Positions 35,312-44,891 of a stretch of 64,000 nt of DNA are shown piece by piece. Every line of letters starts with the position of its first letter. The first letter of the stretch is position 1. Position numbers and translations under genes: made by a program. Origin of the DNA: Dehalococcoidia bacterium (GTDB lineage: Bacteria; Chloroflexota; Dehalococcoidia; SHYB01). Where the stretch lies: NCBI GenBank assembly GCA_034421515.1, contig DAOUKH010000019.1, positions 14,794 to 78,793 of the forward strand, read 5' to 3'. Below the pieces are notes generated by a model, which worked only from the letters and a program-made list of their open reading frames with translations, made no database searches and was not told where the DNA came from.

Positions 35312-36295
35312 CTACAGCAGACCCTGCTCCCTGTACCAGGCAGCGGCGCGTCTCGCGCCTTCTCCGAAGGAGACTTGCGGCTGCCAGCCGAGGTCGGCCT
35401 CGATGGCCTCGTTCGAGCAGATCCAGTACCGCTGCCGCATCTCGACCACCTTGTCGCGCGAGAGCGGAGTGGCCTTCCGCGTCACGGCGCCGAACGCCTC
35501 CGAGGCGAGCCCTGCCAGCCAGTAGGCCCACAAAGGTGTAGGCAACACCAGCGCCTTGCGTCCCATCGCCGCCTCGACGTGGGCCACGAGGTCGCGCCAG
35601 GTGTAGCGCCACCCATCGTCGGCGGTGTACGCCTTGCCGCCGACCGCGGCGCTCGACGTGGCGAGGTCGGCCGCTGCCCGAGCCGCGTCCTCGGCGTAGA
35701 TGATGGAGAGGGTGTTGCGCCCGCCGTAGAGCAGCGGCGCGAAGCGCAGCTTCACGAGTTTGAAGAAGGAGAGCAGGGCGAAGTCTTTGGGGCCGTAGAC
35801 CGCGGGCAGGCGGAGCATCACGGCGCGGTCGCCGAGCGGAGACCGCCGGACGAGGGCCTCCCCCTCGGCCTTGGCGCGCCCGTAGACGGAGACGGGCGCG
35901 AGGGCGGCGTCGAGCGGTCTCGGTACGCCGTCGGGGCTCGGCCCGTGCGCGGCGAGGCTGGAGACGTAAACGAAGCGCTTCAGACCGGGGACCTCGCGCT
36001 CGACGGCTGCGAGCAGGTTGCTGGTTCCCTGAGCGTTCACCTCCTGGAACTCGCGCGCCGACCGCGCCTTCACCAGCCCCGCGGCGTGGATGACGGCGTC
36101 GACCCCGCGCGCCGCCGGGCCCAGCGACGCGGCGTCGGTGAGGTCGCCCACGGCTTCCTCGAATGGGATGCCTTCGAGGAAACGGCGGCTGCTCGTGGTA
36201 CGGAGGAGGACGCGCACCTCGTGACCGCTGGCGGCAAGCTGCTCGGCGATGTGGGAGCCGACGAATCCGGTGGCGCCGGTGACGAGGACCTTCAT
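35312..36295 (-). CDS. NAD-dependent epimerase/dehydratase-family SDR reductase
   Basis: MKVLVTGATGFVGSHIAEQL (Rossmann TGxxGxxG) and a YxxxK-type catalytic segment (VYGRAK). It starts 1 nt after the upstream stop. Confidence 0.85.
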   Translation of the reverse strand: MKVLVTGATGFVGSHIAEQLAASGHEVRVLLRTTSSRRFLEGIPFEEAVGDLTDAASLGPAARGVDAVIHAAGLVKARSAREFQEVNAQGTSNLLAAVEREVPGLKRFVYVSSLAAHGPSPDGVPRPLDAALAPVSVYGRAKAEGEALVRRSPLGDRAVMLRLPAVYGPKDFALLSFFKLVKLRFAPLLYGGRNTLSIIYAEDAARAAADLATSSAAVGGKAYTADDGWRYTWRDLVAHVEAAMGRKALVLPTPLWAYWLAGLASEAFGAVTRKATPLSRDKVVEMRQRYWICSNEAIEADLGWQPQVSFGEGARRAAAWYREQGLL

Positions 36296-36296
36296 G

Positions 36297-37460
36297 CTAG
36301 GCGGCCCGCCCTTCCGTGAAGCCGATGTCCTTTTCGTAGATGCGGAACGTCTTGTAGTGCTCGCATTCCATCCGGCGGAGCACGGCGGTGATAGCGTGGT
36401 TGTCTTCGAGCGTCCAGGAAAGCTCGGTGTTCCGGTAGCCGCGGGCCGTCCCACGCCGGGTGATCTCGTCGATGAGCAGATAGGGCAGGCCGGCGAGGTC
36501 GCGGCTCCGGAATTCCTTGCCCACGCCCACCAGGAAGAGACGGCCGCTCTTGAGTCGGCGCACCTTGACGCGCCACAGCAGCTTCAAGAAGCCAAGGGGG
36601 AAGAGTCTGCCGCCGAGGTCGCGGATCGCCTCGTTGAGGTCGGGGACGCCCACGGCGATGCCGGCGGTCCGGCCGCCGACCTCGACGACGATGACCACCT
36701 TGGGATCGACGATGGGGCGCAGCGTGCTTGCCAGGTTGTCGGCCTCCGCGCCGGTCACGGGGACGAAGCCCCAGTTCTCCGACCACGCGTCGTTGAAGAC
36801 GTCGAGAATGGCGTGGATCTCTTGCCGGTACCGGCGCATGCGAATGGGACGGACTGTCACGTCGGGGCGAGCGCGCAGCCGCTCGACGCTGCGGGCGGCC
36901 CGTGGAGGCGGCCGCGTCCAGTCGAAGCGCCAAGCGTAAAGGTCCTTGGCCTTGCGGAAGCCCGCTCCTTCGAGCAGGTCGAGGTAGTAGGGATGGGTGT
37001 AGGGCGTCATGACGCGGGGCGGCGAGTCGAAGCCGTCGGCCAGCAGGCCGGCGATGCCGTTGATGGAGAAGCTCATCGGCCCACGGATGCGCTCCATCCC
37101 GCGTTCCGCCAGCCACGACTCTGCCGCGCCGAGGAGCGCGGCGGCGGCCTCGGGGTCGTTCTCGCATTCGAAGAAGCCGAAGAAGCCCGTCTTTTCCGCA
37201 TGGCGGTCGTTGTGTGCGGGGTCGATCTGCGCGGAGATGCGCCCTGCCGTCCGGCCGTCCTCCCGGTAGGCAAGGAAGAGCGCCGCCTCGGCCTGTTGCA
37301 GGAAGGGGTTGCGCTTGGGGTCGAGCTCGGCCCGCTCCATCAGCGCAAGGGGCGGCACCCAGTGGGGATTGCCTTCGTACAGGCGCCGCGGCGCGGCGAT
37401 GAACGCCTCCACGCCGCGGCCGGATACCGGCTCGACGCGGATGCGGCCCGTGGTCTCCAC
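36297..37460 (-). CDS. GNAT-fold N-acyltransferase-like protein
   Basis: GTG 37460 lies 11 nt after the upstream stop. The C-terminal half (...VVEVGGRTAGIAVGVPD...LFLVGVGKEFRSRD.AGL.YLLI...G...G....ELSWTLEDN...) resembles proteins I recall as annotated GNAT/N-acetyltransferase. This assignment comes from memory of that pattern. Confidence 0.6.
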   Translation of the reverse strand: METTGRIRVEPVSGRGVEAFIAAPRRLYEGNPHWVPPLALMERAELDPKRNPFLQQAEAALFLAYREDGRTAGRISAQIDPAHNDRHAEKTGFFGFFECENDPEAAAALLGAAESWLAERGMERIRGPMSFSINGIAGLLADGFDSPPRVMTPYTHPYYLDLLEGAGFRKAKDLYAWRFDWTRPPPRAARSVERLRARPDVTVRPIRMRRYRQEIHAILDVFNDAWSENWGFVPVTGAEADNLASTLRPIVDPKVVIVVEVGGRTAGIAVGVPDLNEAIRDLGGRLFPLGFLKLLWRVKVRRLKSGRLFLVGVGKEFRSRDLAGLPYLLIDEITRRGTARGYRNTELSWTLEDNHAITAVLRRMECEHYKTFRIYEKDIGFTEGRAA

Positions 37461-37471
37461 GCGGGCCGGGG

Positions 37472-38743
37472 CTAGATGAGCCCTCGGGCCTTGCCGACGG
37501 CTTTGAACTGTTCGAGCGCGTAGTCGATCTGCTCCGGCGTCTGCGTCGCCATGCAGCTGATGCGCAGCAGGGCGCGGCCCTTCGCGGCGGCCGGGAAGAC
37601 GACGGGGTTGGTGTAGACGCCGTGCTCGAGGAGCGCGTGCCACACGCGCACCGTCTCAACCTCGTCGCCGACGGGAACTGGAGCCACCAGCGACTCGGAG
37701 TCCGACACCTCGAAGCCCAGCCTCCTGAGGCCGGCGCGGAGTTGCTGCCCCAGGGCTCGAACGCGCTCGACGCGCTCCGGCTCGCTTTCAAGCACCTCCA
37801 GCGCCGCGAGGACCGCCGCCGTCGACGCGGGGGGCAGGCTCGCGCTGAACACCATCGGCCGCGCGAAGTGGCGCACCCAATCGACCACGGGCTGCTGCCC
37901 GGCGACGAAGCCGCCGATGGAGGCGAGCGACTTCGAGAAGGTGCCCACGATCAGGTCGACGTCGTCTTCGAGCCCGAAGTGGCTCCCCGTACCGCGCCCT
38001 CCCTCGCCGAGCACGCCGATGGCGTGGGCGTCGTCGACAAGCAGGCGCACGGCGTGCTCGCGGCAGGCCGCGACCACGCCGGGCAGATCGACGACGGCGC
38101 CGCTCATGCTATAGACGCCGTCGACGATGACGAGGGCGGGGCCGCCGTCGAGGCCCCGCAGGACCGTATCGAGGTGTCTTGCGTCGTTGTGGCGGAAGCG
38201 CAGCATCTTGCCGCCGGAGAGGCTGCACCCGTCGTAGATGCTGGCGTGATCGGCCTTGTCGACGACGGCGGCGGAGCCGGGCCCAACCAGCGCGGAGATT
38301 GCGCCGAGGTTCGCCTGGTAGCCGGTGGTGAAGACGAGGGCGGCTTCCTTGTTGAGGAACCGCGCGATGCGTTCCTCAAGCTGCTCGTGCAGGTCCATAG
38401 TGCCGTTCAGCACCCGCGAACCCGTCATCGATGTGCCGAAGCGCTGGATCGCCGCCGCCGCTGCTTCCATCACCTTGGGGTGGCGCGTGAGGCCGAGGTA
38501 GTTGTTTGAGCCCAGCATCAACACCCGCTTGCCGTAGATCACGGCCTCGGGCCCTTCATTGCGTTCCAGCGGCTGATAGAAGGGATAAGCCTGGGCCGCC
38601 TTCGCCTCCTGCGGCAGGGTGAAATCGAACGTCGGGGCGAAGATGTCCCGGTCTTGGACGCGTGTCGCGCGCCCCTGGATCAGGCGGTCGATGGAAAGGC
38701 CGTCGCCGCCGGAATCGCCGTTGTCGCTCTCGTGGGTGGACAT
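37472..38743 (-). CDS. alpha-oxoamine synthase family PLP enzyme (serine palmitoyltransferase / 8-amino-7-oxononanoate synthase-like)
   Basis: ...LGSNNYLGL..HP......A...FG....GSR.LNG....H..LE......., DDAH..GVLG..GRG, and GTFSKSLASIGGF (the PLP lysine). Confidence 0.85.
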   Translation of the reverse strand: MSTHESDNGDSGGDGLSIDRLIQGRATRVQDRDIFAPTFDFTLPQEAKAAQAYPFYQPLERNEGPEAVIYGKRVLMLGSNNYLGLTRHPKVMEAAAAAIQRFGTSMTGSRVLNGTMDLHEQLEERIARFLNKEAALVFTTGYQANLGAISALVGPGSAAVVDKADHASIYDGCSLSGGKMLRFRHNDARHLDTVLRGLDGGPALVIVDGVYSMSGAVVDLPGVVAACREHAVRLLVDDAHAIGVLGEGGRGTGSHFGLEDDVDLIVGTFSKSLASIGGFVAGQQPVVDWVRHFARPMVFSASLPPASTAAVLAALEVLESEPERVERVRALGQQLRAGLRRLGFEVSDSESLVAPVPVGDEVETVRVWHALLEHGVYTNPVVFPAAAKGRALLRISCMATQTPEQIDYALEQFKAVGKARGLI

Positions 38744-38752
38744 CGCCCGGGC

Positions 38753-40414
38753 CTAGTACTCCATGCGGGATTCCCGGCCCATCCAGTGGTGGACCTGCTT
38801 CTTGCGGGCGGGCCGCTTGTTGATGACGACGTTCACCAGCGACGCCTTGCCCGAGGCCAGCGACCGCTCGACGGCGGGCTTCAGCTCCTCGGGCCGCTCC
38901 ACGTGCTCGCCGTGCCCGCCGAAGGCCTCCATGATCTTGTCGTACCGCACGCCTTCGGGCTGGCTCTCCGCTTTCGCTGCCGAGCCAAGCTCCATCTTCT
39001 GCGGCCCGCCGACGGAGACGTTGTTCGCCACGACGAAGACGATGGGCAGGTCGTTGCGCACCGCGGTCTCCGCCTCCATGCCGTTCCAGCCGAAGGCGTA
39101 GTCGCCGTTGAACGAAAAGACCTGCTTGCCCGGTGTCGCCGCCGCCGCGCCGATGGCGTAGGGCACGGAAACGCCCATGCAGCCGCTGACGCCGGCGTCG
39201 AGCCGGTGGCGGGGCTGGTAGTTCGGCACCATGACCCGCGAGATCGCCATCGCGTTCTCGCCGTCGGCGGTCACCGTGGCGTCGTCGTCCATCAGTTCAA
39301 CGACGTCGCGGTACATCTGGTACATGTTCATCGGCGCCGCGTCGGCTTCGAGGAACTCGCTGATCGCGGAGGCGTTCTTCTCGGCCTCCATTTGGAGAGA
39401 TGGCAGCCACGGCGTCTCGGGACGGCGCGCGCCGCCCGCGGCGTCGAGGACTTGCCGGAAGACGGCCTTGGCATCCCCGACGAGGCCGACCTCGGCGGGT
39501 GCGCCGTTCCCGATCTCCGACGGGTCGATGTCAATCTGCACGACTTTGACGTCGGGCGAGAATCGCGGCGGCGCGCCGAAGTGGAAGATCCAGTTGAAGC
39601 GGGCGCCGGCGAGGATCACGAGGTCGGCGTTCTGGAGGGCGTAGCTGCGGGCACCGGAGGCGTTCAGCGGGTGGTCGTCGGGGACAACGCCCTTGCCCAT
39701 CGGCGAGGGCACGAAGGGAATCTGCAGCCGGTCGACGAGCTCGCGGACCTCCTCGGCGGCGTCGGACCACGCCAGGCCCTTGCCGACGAGCAGGAGGGGT
39801 CGTTCGGCCTGCAGGATCTCCCGCGCCGCCGCTTCGACCAGGGCGGGGTCGGCGAGCGGGCGCGCCGGCTCCGCCGATTTGGGGAAGAACCGGACCTCGT
39901 CCTCTTCCACGGCGCCGGAGATGACGTTCGAAGGAAGGTCGAGATAGACCGGCATCGGTCGGCCGTTCATCATCTTCTGGATTGCAGCGTGGGCATAATA
40001 GGGAAGCTGTCGAGGATCCTCGATCTGCACCGACCACTTGCAGAACGGCGCCGCCGCCTCGACCTGGGGGGCCTCCTGGAAGTCGCCCCGGTAGCGGCGG
40101 CGGAGGTCGCCGTTGCCGCCGATGACCAGCACGGGCCAGCAGTTCGACCGCGCCGTCTCCAGCGCCGTCAGCGCGTTGGTCATCGCCGGTCCCGAGGGGC
40201 AGATGGCCACGCCCGGGCGGCGCGTCACGTAGCCGTAGGCTTGGGCGGCGAGCCCGCTCGCCTGCTCGTGCCGGAAGTTGATGAGCCGCATGCCGTGCTG
40301 CCGCATCGACGTGTTGATCTCACCCATCGGGTCGCCGGGGAGGTTGAAGACGGTGTCCACGCCCTCGGTCTCGAGCTGCCTGGTGAGGATTTCCGCGCCG
40401 CTGATTCGCGCCAT
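38753..40414 (-). CDS. thiamine-diphosphate enzyme (acetolactate synthase / oxalyl-CoA decarboxylase / 2-hydroxyacyl-CoA lyase family)
   Basis: ATG 40414. N-terminus GAEILTRQLETEGVDTVFNLPGD and a C-terminal TPP-binding GDYAFGWNG...NN motif. Confidence 0.8.
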   Translation of the reverse strand: MARISGAEILTRQLETEGVDTVFNLPGDPMGEINTSMRQHGMRLINFRHEQASGLAAQAYGYVTRRPGVAICPSGPAMTNALTALETARSNCWPVLVIGGNGDLRRRYRGDFQEAPQVEAAAPFCKWSVQIEDPRQLPYYAHAAIQKMMNGRPMPVYLDLPSNVISGAVEEDEVRFFPKSAEPARPLADPALVEAAAREILQAERPLLLVGKGLAWSDAAEEVRELVDRLQIPFVPSPMGKGVVPDDHPLNASGARSYALQNADLVILAGARFNWIFHFGAPPRFSPDVKVVQIDIDPSEIGNGAPAEVGLVGDAKAVFRQVLDAAGGARRPETPWLPSLQMEAEKNASAISEFLEADAAPMNMYQMYRDVVELMDDDATVTADGENAMAISRVMVPNYQPRHRLDAGVSGCMGVSVPYAIGAAAATPGKQVFSFNGDYAFGWNGMEAETAVRNDLPIVFVVANNVSVGGPQKMELGSAAKAESQPEGVRYDKIMEAFGGHGEHVERPEELKPAVERSLASGKASLVNVVINKRPARKKQVHHWMGRESRMEY

Positions 40415-40535
40415 GCCGCGACCCCTTTCCGTCGTGCCTTGCCACCGACGCCGCCCTTCGGCGGGAAGGCCATAGTATGCCTGTAACGCCCGTCGGATTC
40501 CATGGGCGGGCAATGATACCTGCTCTGCCCCCGGT

Positions 40536-41804
40536 TTACAGCCGCCAGAGTCGCGGCGCAATCAGTACGAGCAGCGCGTTGAGCCCGACCCCCAGGGCGC
40601 CCAGCAGGACGAAGACGGCCTCCACGCCGATGATCTCCGCCGCGCCGCCGGCCCAGAGCGCGCCGAGCGGTACCGCGCCGTGGGTCATGAAGAAGAGCGA
40701 GATGGCCCGCCCGCGGTAGCGGTCGTCGGCGTACACCTGGACCATCGCGTTCCCTTCGACGAAGAGCACCGTCTGGGTCGCGCCGAGAATCAACATGGCC
40801 GCGATGGCGACGGCGGCGATTGGGGCCGCGCCCATGGCGAGCAGCATGGCCCCGGCGACCATCGCGGCCACGACGAGCCACTTGGCCTTCCCTTTGGGAT
40901 AGCCGAGCCCACCCACGACCACGGAGCCCAGAAGCCCGCCGGCCCCCATCAACGACATGAGCAGCCCGAAGCCGCCCGGCCCGAAGCCGAGGGCGTTGTC
41001 CGCGTAGGCGGGCATGAGGTTGAGGAAGCCGAGCACGCAGACCGCCGCGATCATGCTGTGGGTGAGGAGGAGCAGCAGTGGCTGGTCGCGGCGGACGTAG
41101 GCGAGCCCCTCGCGGATGCTGGCGAAGATGTTCTCCCGGGCGATCGCGCGGCGGGCCGTGACCGGCCGGAGGCGGCTGAGCATGAGCATCGAGAGCACGC
41201 AGGCCGCGGCCTGCAAGATGTAGGCCCCCTCCACGCCGATGCTGCCAATGAGCACGCCGCTCATCGCGGGGCCCGCCACCCGCATCAGGTTCTGCGCGAT
41301 CGAGTTGAGCGAAATCGCGGAGGCGAGCTCGCGTTCCGTCACCAGGTCGAAGGCCAGCGTGTGGCGTGACGGCCCGTTGGCCGAGAAACACATGCCGGTC
41401 AGGACCGCGGTGACGTAGAGGTGCCACACCTGGACGATGTCGGTGATCACAAGCGTGGCGATGACCACCGCGAGACTCGCCAGTGAGAACTGGCTGGCGA
41501 TCAACACCTTGCGCCGGTCGAGCCGGTCGGCCAGCGCGCCGGAGAACGGGGCGCAGAAGGTCATGGTGCCGCCGCTGGACACCGCGACGAGGCCGAGCTG
41601 CAGCGGCGAGTCGGTGAGGTCGAAGACGAGCCAGCCGAGGGCGATCTGCTGCGTCCACAGCCCCATCTGCGCGAAGAATGTGCTGGTGAGCAGGATGCGG
41701 AACTGCGGGACCCGGAGGGCCTCGAAGACCCTGCCGCCGGCCCCCGCGCCGGGCCTCGTGGCTCGCCTAGCCACTGCCGCTCCACGCGCGCAGCCATGGA
41801 GCAA
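40536..41804 (-). CDS. MFS transporter
   Basis: About 12 TM segments. The N-terminus ...FRILLTSTFFAQMGLWTQQIALGWLV... is MFS_3/EntS-like. The start is uncertain (TTG 41804 or internal). Confidence 0.8.
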   Translation of the reverse strand: MLHGCARGAAVARRATRPGAGAGGRVFEALRVPQFRILLTSTFFAQMGLWTQQIALGWLVFDLTDSPLQLGLVAVSSGGTMTFCAPFSGALADRLDRRKVLIASQFSLASLAVVIATLVITDIVQVWHLYVTAVLTGMCFSANGPSRHTLAFDLVTERELASAISLNSIAQNLMRVAGPAMSGVLIGSIGVEGAYILQAAACVLSMLMLSRLRPVTARRAIARENIFASIREGLAYVRRDQPLLLLLTHSMIAAVCVLGFLNLMPAYADNALGFGPGGFGLLMSLMGAGGLLGSVVVGGLGYPKGKAKWLVVAAMVAGAMLLAMGAAPIAAVAIAAMLILGATQTVLFVEGNAMVQVYADDRYRGRAISLFFMTHGAVPLGALWAGGAAEIIGVEAVFVLLGALGVGLNALLVLIAPRLWRL

Positions 41805-41844
41805 GACGGTAGAATCGCTGGAGCGCGCTCATGCTTCGCTCATG

Positions 41845-42035
41845 GTTGAGTTCTTTGCGTAACCCGCGGCGCCGGCACGGGATCGTCCCTGTAGGGGCGA
41901 CCCTTGTGGTCGCCCCTTCCTATCACCCGAACGGTCTCGTGGGGCTTGGCCAAGGTAACGCAAGGGTCTCCACGGTCGGAGTATCCGCACCGGCTCCGGA
42001 ACGCGCCGGTAGCGTAGCGTACACGGAAATGGCTC
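41845..42035. repeat. interspersed mosaic hairpin repeats, cluster R5
   Basis: 41853-41914 (CTTTGCGTAACCCGCGGCGCC...GATCGTCCCTGTAGGGGCGACCCTTGTGGTCGCCC) parallels 22518-22580. It is followed by the ...CCGAACGGTCTCGTGGGGCTTGGCCAAGGTAACGCAAGGGTCTCC module. Confidence 0.8.
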
Positions 42036-42051
42036 CTTGAAGAAAACGGGA

Positions 42052-42927
42052 ATGGGCGCGGAAGGCAGCGGTTGGCTCCAGTATTCCCTGCGCGTCTCCG
42101 GCGAAGCGTGCGAGGTTGGCTGGCGGCTCTTCCACCGCTACCTGCGCAACGTCTCCCTCGAACGGCCGCCCGACGCCGATGAGGGCGTCCTGCGCGGCTA
42201 CGTCCACGACGGCGACGCGGAGGCGCGGGTGCGCTTCGAGGTGATGCTCGAACTGGTGCGGGCCGCGCTCGACGCCGGCGAGGTCGAGGTCGCCAAGGTC
42301 GCGCCCGAGGACTGGGGCGAGGCCTGGAAGGCGCACTTCCCGCCCATCCGCGTGGGCAAACGGCTGGTGCTCAAGCCGTCGTGGGCCGAGGTCGAGGCTG
42401 GCCCGTCGGACGTGGTCGTCGGCTTCGACCCGCGGATGGCCTTCGGCACCGGCCATCATCCGACGACGCGGCTCTCCCTCGAGCTGCTGGAGCCGCTCGA
42501 CGTGGCCGGCGCGCGCCTGCTCGACGTGGGGACCGGCTCGGCGATCCTGTCCCTAGCGGCGATCGGCCTAGGCGCGGACTCCGCGGTCGCGCTGGACACC
42601 GACCCTGAAGCCGTCCGCGAAGCGGCGGAGAACGCCCGCCGGGCCGGCCTCACGGAACGGCTTCACGTGGCGGAGGGTGGGCTGCCCCATCCCCTCGCGG
42701 CGCCGAACGGGTTCGACCTCGCGCTCATGAACATCACCGTTCACGTCGTCGCGGAGCTGCTGCCCGATCTCGCCACGACACTGCGCCCCGGCGGGCAAGC
42801 CATCATCTCCGGCTTCCAGGACAAGGACGTGGACCGGATCACCACGGCCGCACAGGCCGCCGCCCTCACCGTCGCCGCCGACCGCCGCCTCGACGGCTGG
42901 GCCGCCTTCCTGCTCCACCACGGCTAG
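42052..42927 (+). CDS. prmA: ribosomal protein L11 methyltransferase
   Basis: ...DPRMAFGTGHHPTTRLSLELLE....G.R.LDVGTGSAILS.AA..LGA..A.A.D.DP.AV. The start is ATG 42052, or TTG 42037. Confidence 0.85.
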   Translation: MGAEGSGWLQYSLRVSGEACEVGWRLFHRYLRNVSLERPPDADEGVLRGYVHDGDAEARVRFEVMLELVRAALDAGEVEVAKVAPEDWGEAWKAHFPPIRVGKRLVLKPSWAEVEAGPSDVVVGFDPRMAFGTGHHPTTRLSLELLEPLDVAGARLLDVGTGSAILSLAAIGLGADSAVALDTDPEAVREAAENARRAGLTERLHVAEGGLPHPLAAPNGFDLALMNITVHVVAELLPDLATTLRPGGQAIISGFQDKDVDRITTAAQAAALTVAADRRLDGWAAFLLHHG

Positions 42928-42939
42928 GCAACAGCCCCG

Positions 42940-43655
42940 TGCAAGGCCGGGCGTTGCCCCTTCTGCCCACGGAGACCCTTGCGTCACCGGGGCGGCCGTT
43001 CTTCCCCGCGGTTCCGGGAGGCACTGGGCCCGACTCCCTCGCCGGCGAGGGGCACTGGGTCCGACTCTCCCGCGATCCATCCGCCACTTTCGCAAGTCCC
43101 GCGGATGGCCCTACCGCTCCGCAGGCGGCAGGGAACATATGTTCGCTATGAATACTCTACGGCTGGTGGGCGACCTTGTCAAGCGCGGTGTGGCACTGGG
43201 GGAGCGGGCGCGTCGCGACGCGCCCCTACAGGGGAGGTGCGGCATCGACCCGCACGGGGTTGGGTGGGCTTTGGTGGTGATGAGGGGGCCCCTCATCTCA
43301 ATCTTCTCCCAGGGGGAGAAGAGGTAAGACCCACCCCGGCACCGCCGACGCGCCTGTGGTGCGTGCCCTCCCTCAGTCCCTCCCAGAGGGAGGGAGGCTT
43401 AAGGTGCTCTCCCAGGGAGGGAGAGGTTCAAGGGGTGCCCCTATTGGGGGTGGCGGGTCTTGATGAGCCGTTGGTGGTTGTCGGGAGTGGGCGACCACAA
43501 GGGTCGCCCCTACAGGGATGATCCCTTGCCAGCGTCGCGGGCTATGCAAAGATCTCCAGCGGGGGAGAGGGAAGACCACCCGGCGGCCCTCTCTCAGTCT
43601 CTCCCAGAGGGAGAGAGGCTTAAGGTGCCCCCCAGAAGGGGAGGACTAGGGTGGG
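42940..43655. repeat. interspersed mosaic hairpin repeats, cluster R6 (largest, about 0.7 kb)
   Basis: Holds at least six modules in both orientations. Examples: GGGCGCGTCGCGACGCGCCCCTACAGGGGA, ATGAGGGGGCCCCTCATCTCAATCTTCTCCCAGGGGGAGAAGAGG, two CCCTC(C/T)CTCAGTC(C/T)CTCCCAGAGGGAG(G/A)GAGGCTTAAGGTG copies, and GGGCGACCACAAGGGTCGCCCCTACAGGGATGATCCC. Confidence 0.85.
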
Positions 43656-43659
43656 CGCT

Positions 43660-44850
43660 CTAGATCGCGCCGCGCTCCCGCAGGCCGCCGATCTCCTCCG
43701 CCGAGTAGCCGGCTTCCGACAGGACCTCGTCGGTGTGCTCGCCGAGCTTGGGGGCGGAGCGTCTCGGCGCGCCGGGCGTCTGGGGGAGGTGGACCGGGAC
43801 GCCGATCTCGGTCAGGCTGCCGACCTCGGGGTGGGGCACCTCGGTGACGTAGCCGTTGGCGCGGGCTTGGGCGTCCTCGGCGACCTCGGCATAGTCGAGC
43901 ACCGGCTGGCAGATGATGTTGCGCTGGCGCATCGCCTCGACCCACTCGTCGCGGGGCTTGGAAAGGAAGCGCTCGTCGAGCATGGCGATCAGCTCGGCGC
44001 TGTTGGCGGCCCGCGCCTCGGCGTCGCGGAAGCGCTCGTCGTCGCGAAGGTGCTCGATGCCGAGGATTTCGACGAAAGCGGGCCAGTAGCGGTCGGGCCC
44101 GACGCCGCCGATGGCGAGGAGCTTGCCATCGGCGCAGCGGTAGCTGTTCATTAGGGGGTTCGGGGTGCGGCCGCGCGACTTCGGCGCGGGCAGCGAGCCG
44201 TTGATGAGGTAGCCGTTGATCGCCATGGCCTGGAGCATGAGGATGCCGCCGAGCTGCGACGTCTGGATGTGCTGGCCGACGCCGTGGCGCTCGCGGGCGA
44301 TCACGCCCATCGCCACGCCCCAGGCGAGGGTCATGGCGCCGCACTGGTCGGAGATGCCTCCGGCGGGGGACTCGGGGTAGTCGCGGCCCAGCGAGTTCAT
44401 CCACAGGAAGCCGCCCCGGGCCTGCCCCAGCGAGTCGAAGATGCCGTCGCTCGCGTGGGGCCCCTCGCGGCCCAGCCCGGTCACCGAGGCGTAGATGATG
44501 CCGGGGTTGATCTTGCGGACGGTCTCGTAGTCCACGCCCAGCCGCTCGACGACGCCGAGCCGGAAGTTCTGAGTGATGGCGTCGGCCTTCTCCGCAAGCC
44601 GGAGGAAGACGGCGCGCCCTTCGTCGGACTTGAGGTTCAGGGTGATGCTCCGCTTGTTGCGGTTCATCGTCTCGAAGTAGGAGTTATGCGCGCCGGTCGA
44701 CGTGACGATGCCCCGGCCGGGGTCGCCGCCCGCGGGGTCTTCGACCTTGATGACCTCGGCCCCCATGTCGGAGAGCATGACCGTGGCCCACGGGCCGTTC
44801 TGGAAGATGGTGAGGTCGAGGATCTTGATGCCGTCGAGCGGCGCCGCCAT
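43660..44850 (-). CDS. CaiB/BaiF family (class III) CoA-transferase
   Basis: ATG 44850 follows GGGAGG. LDGIKILDLT...GP.AT..L.DMGAEVIKVE is the family N-terminus. The 650-aa ORF in the track is an upstream read-through. Confidence 0.9.
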   Translation of the reverse strand: MAAPLDGIKILDLTIFQNGPWATVMLSDMGAEVIKVEDPAGGDPGRGIVTSTGAHNSYFETMNRNKRSITLNLKSDEGRAVFLRLAEKADAITQNFRLGVVERLGVDYETVRKINPGIIYASVTGLGREGPHASDGIFDSLGQARGGFLWMNSLGRDYPESPAGGISDQCGAMTLAWGVAMGVIARERHGVGQHIQTSQLGGILMLQAMAINGYLINGSLPAPKSRGRTPNPLMNSYRCADGKLLAIGGVGPDRYWPAFVEILGIEHLRDDERFRDAEARAANSAELIAMLDERFLSKPRDEWVEAMRQRNIICQPVLDYAEVAEDAQARANGYVTEVPHPEVGSLTEIGVPVHLPQTPGAPRRSAPKLGEHTDEVLSEAGYSAEEIGGLRERGAI

Positions 44851-44891
44851 GTCGCGGCCTCCCTTTGGTGTGGTGGTCGGACCTGCCCCGA

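Noticed and set aside
38654-40486. 610-aa + strand ORF
   Set aside because: It is antisense to the TPP-enzyme gene and to the 5' end of the alpha-oxoamine synthase gene. It is a shadow ORF.
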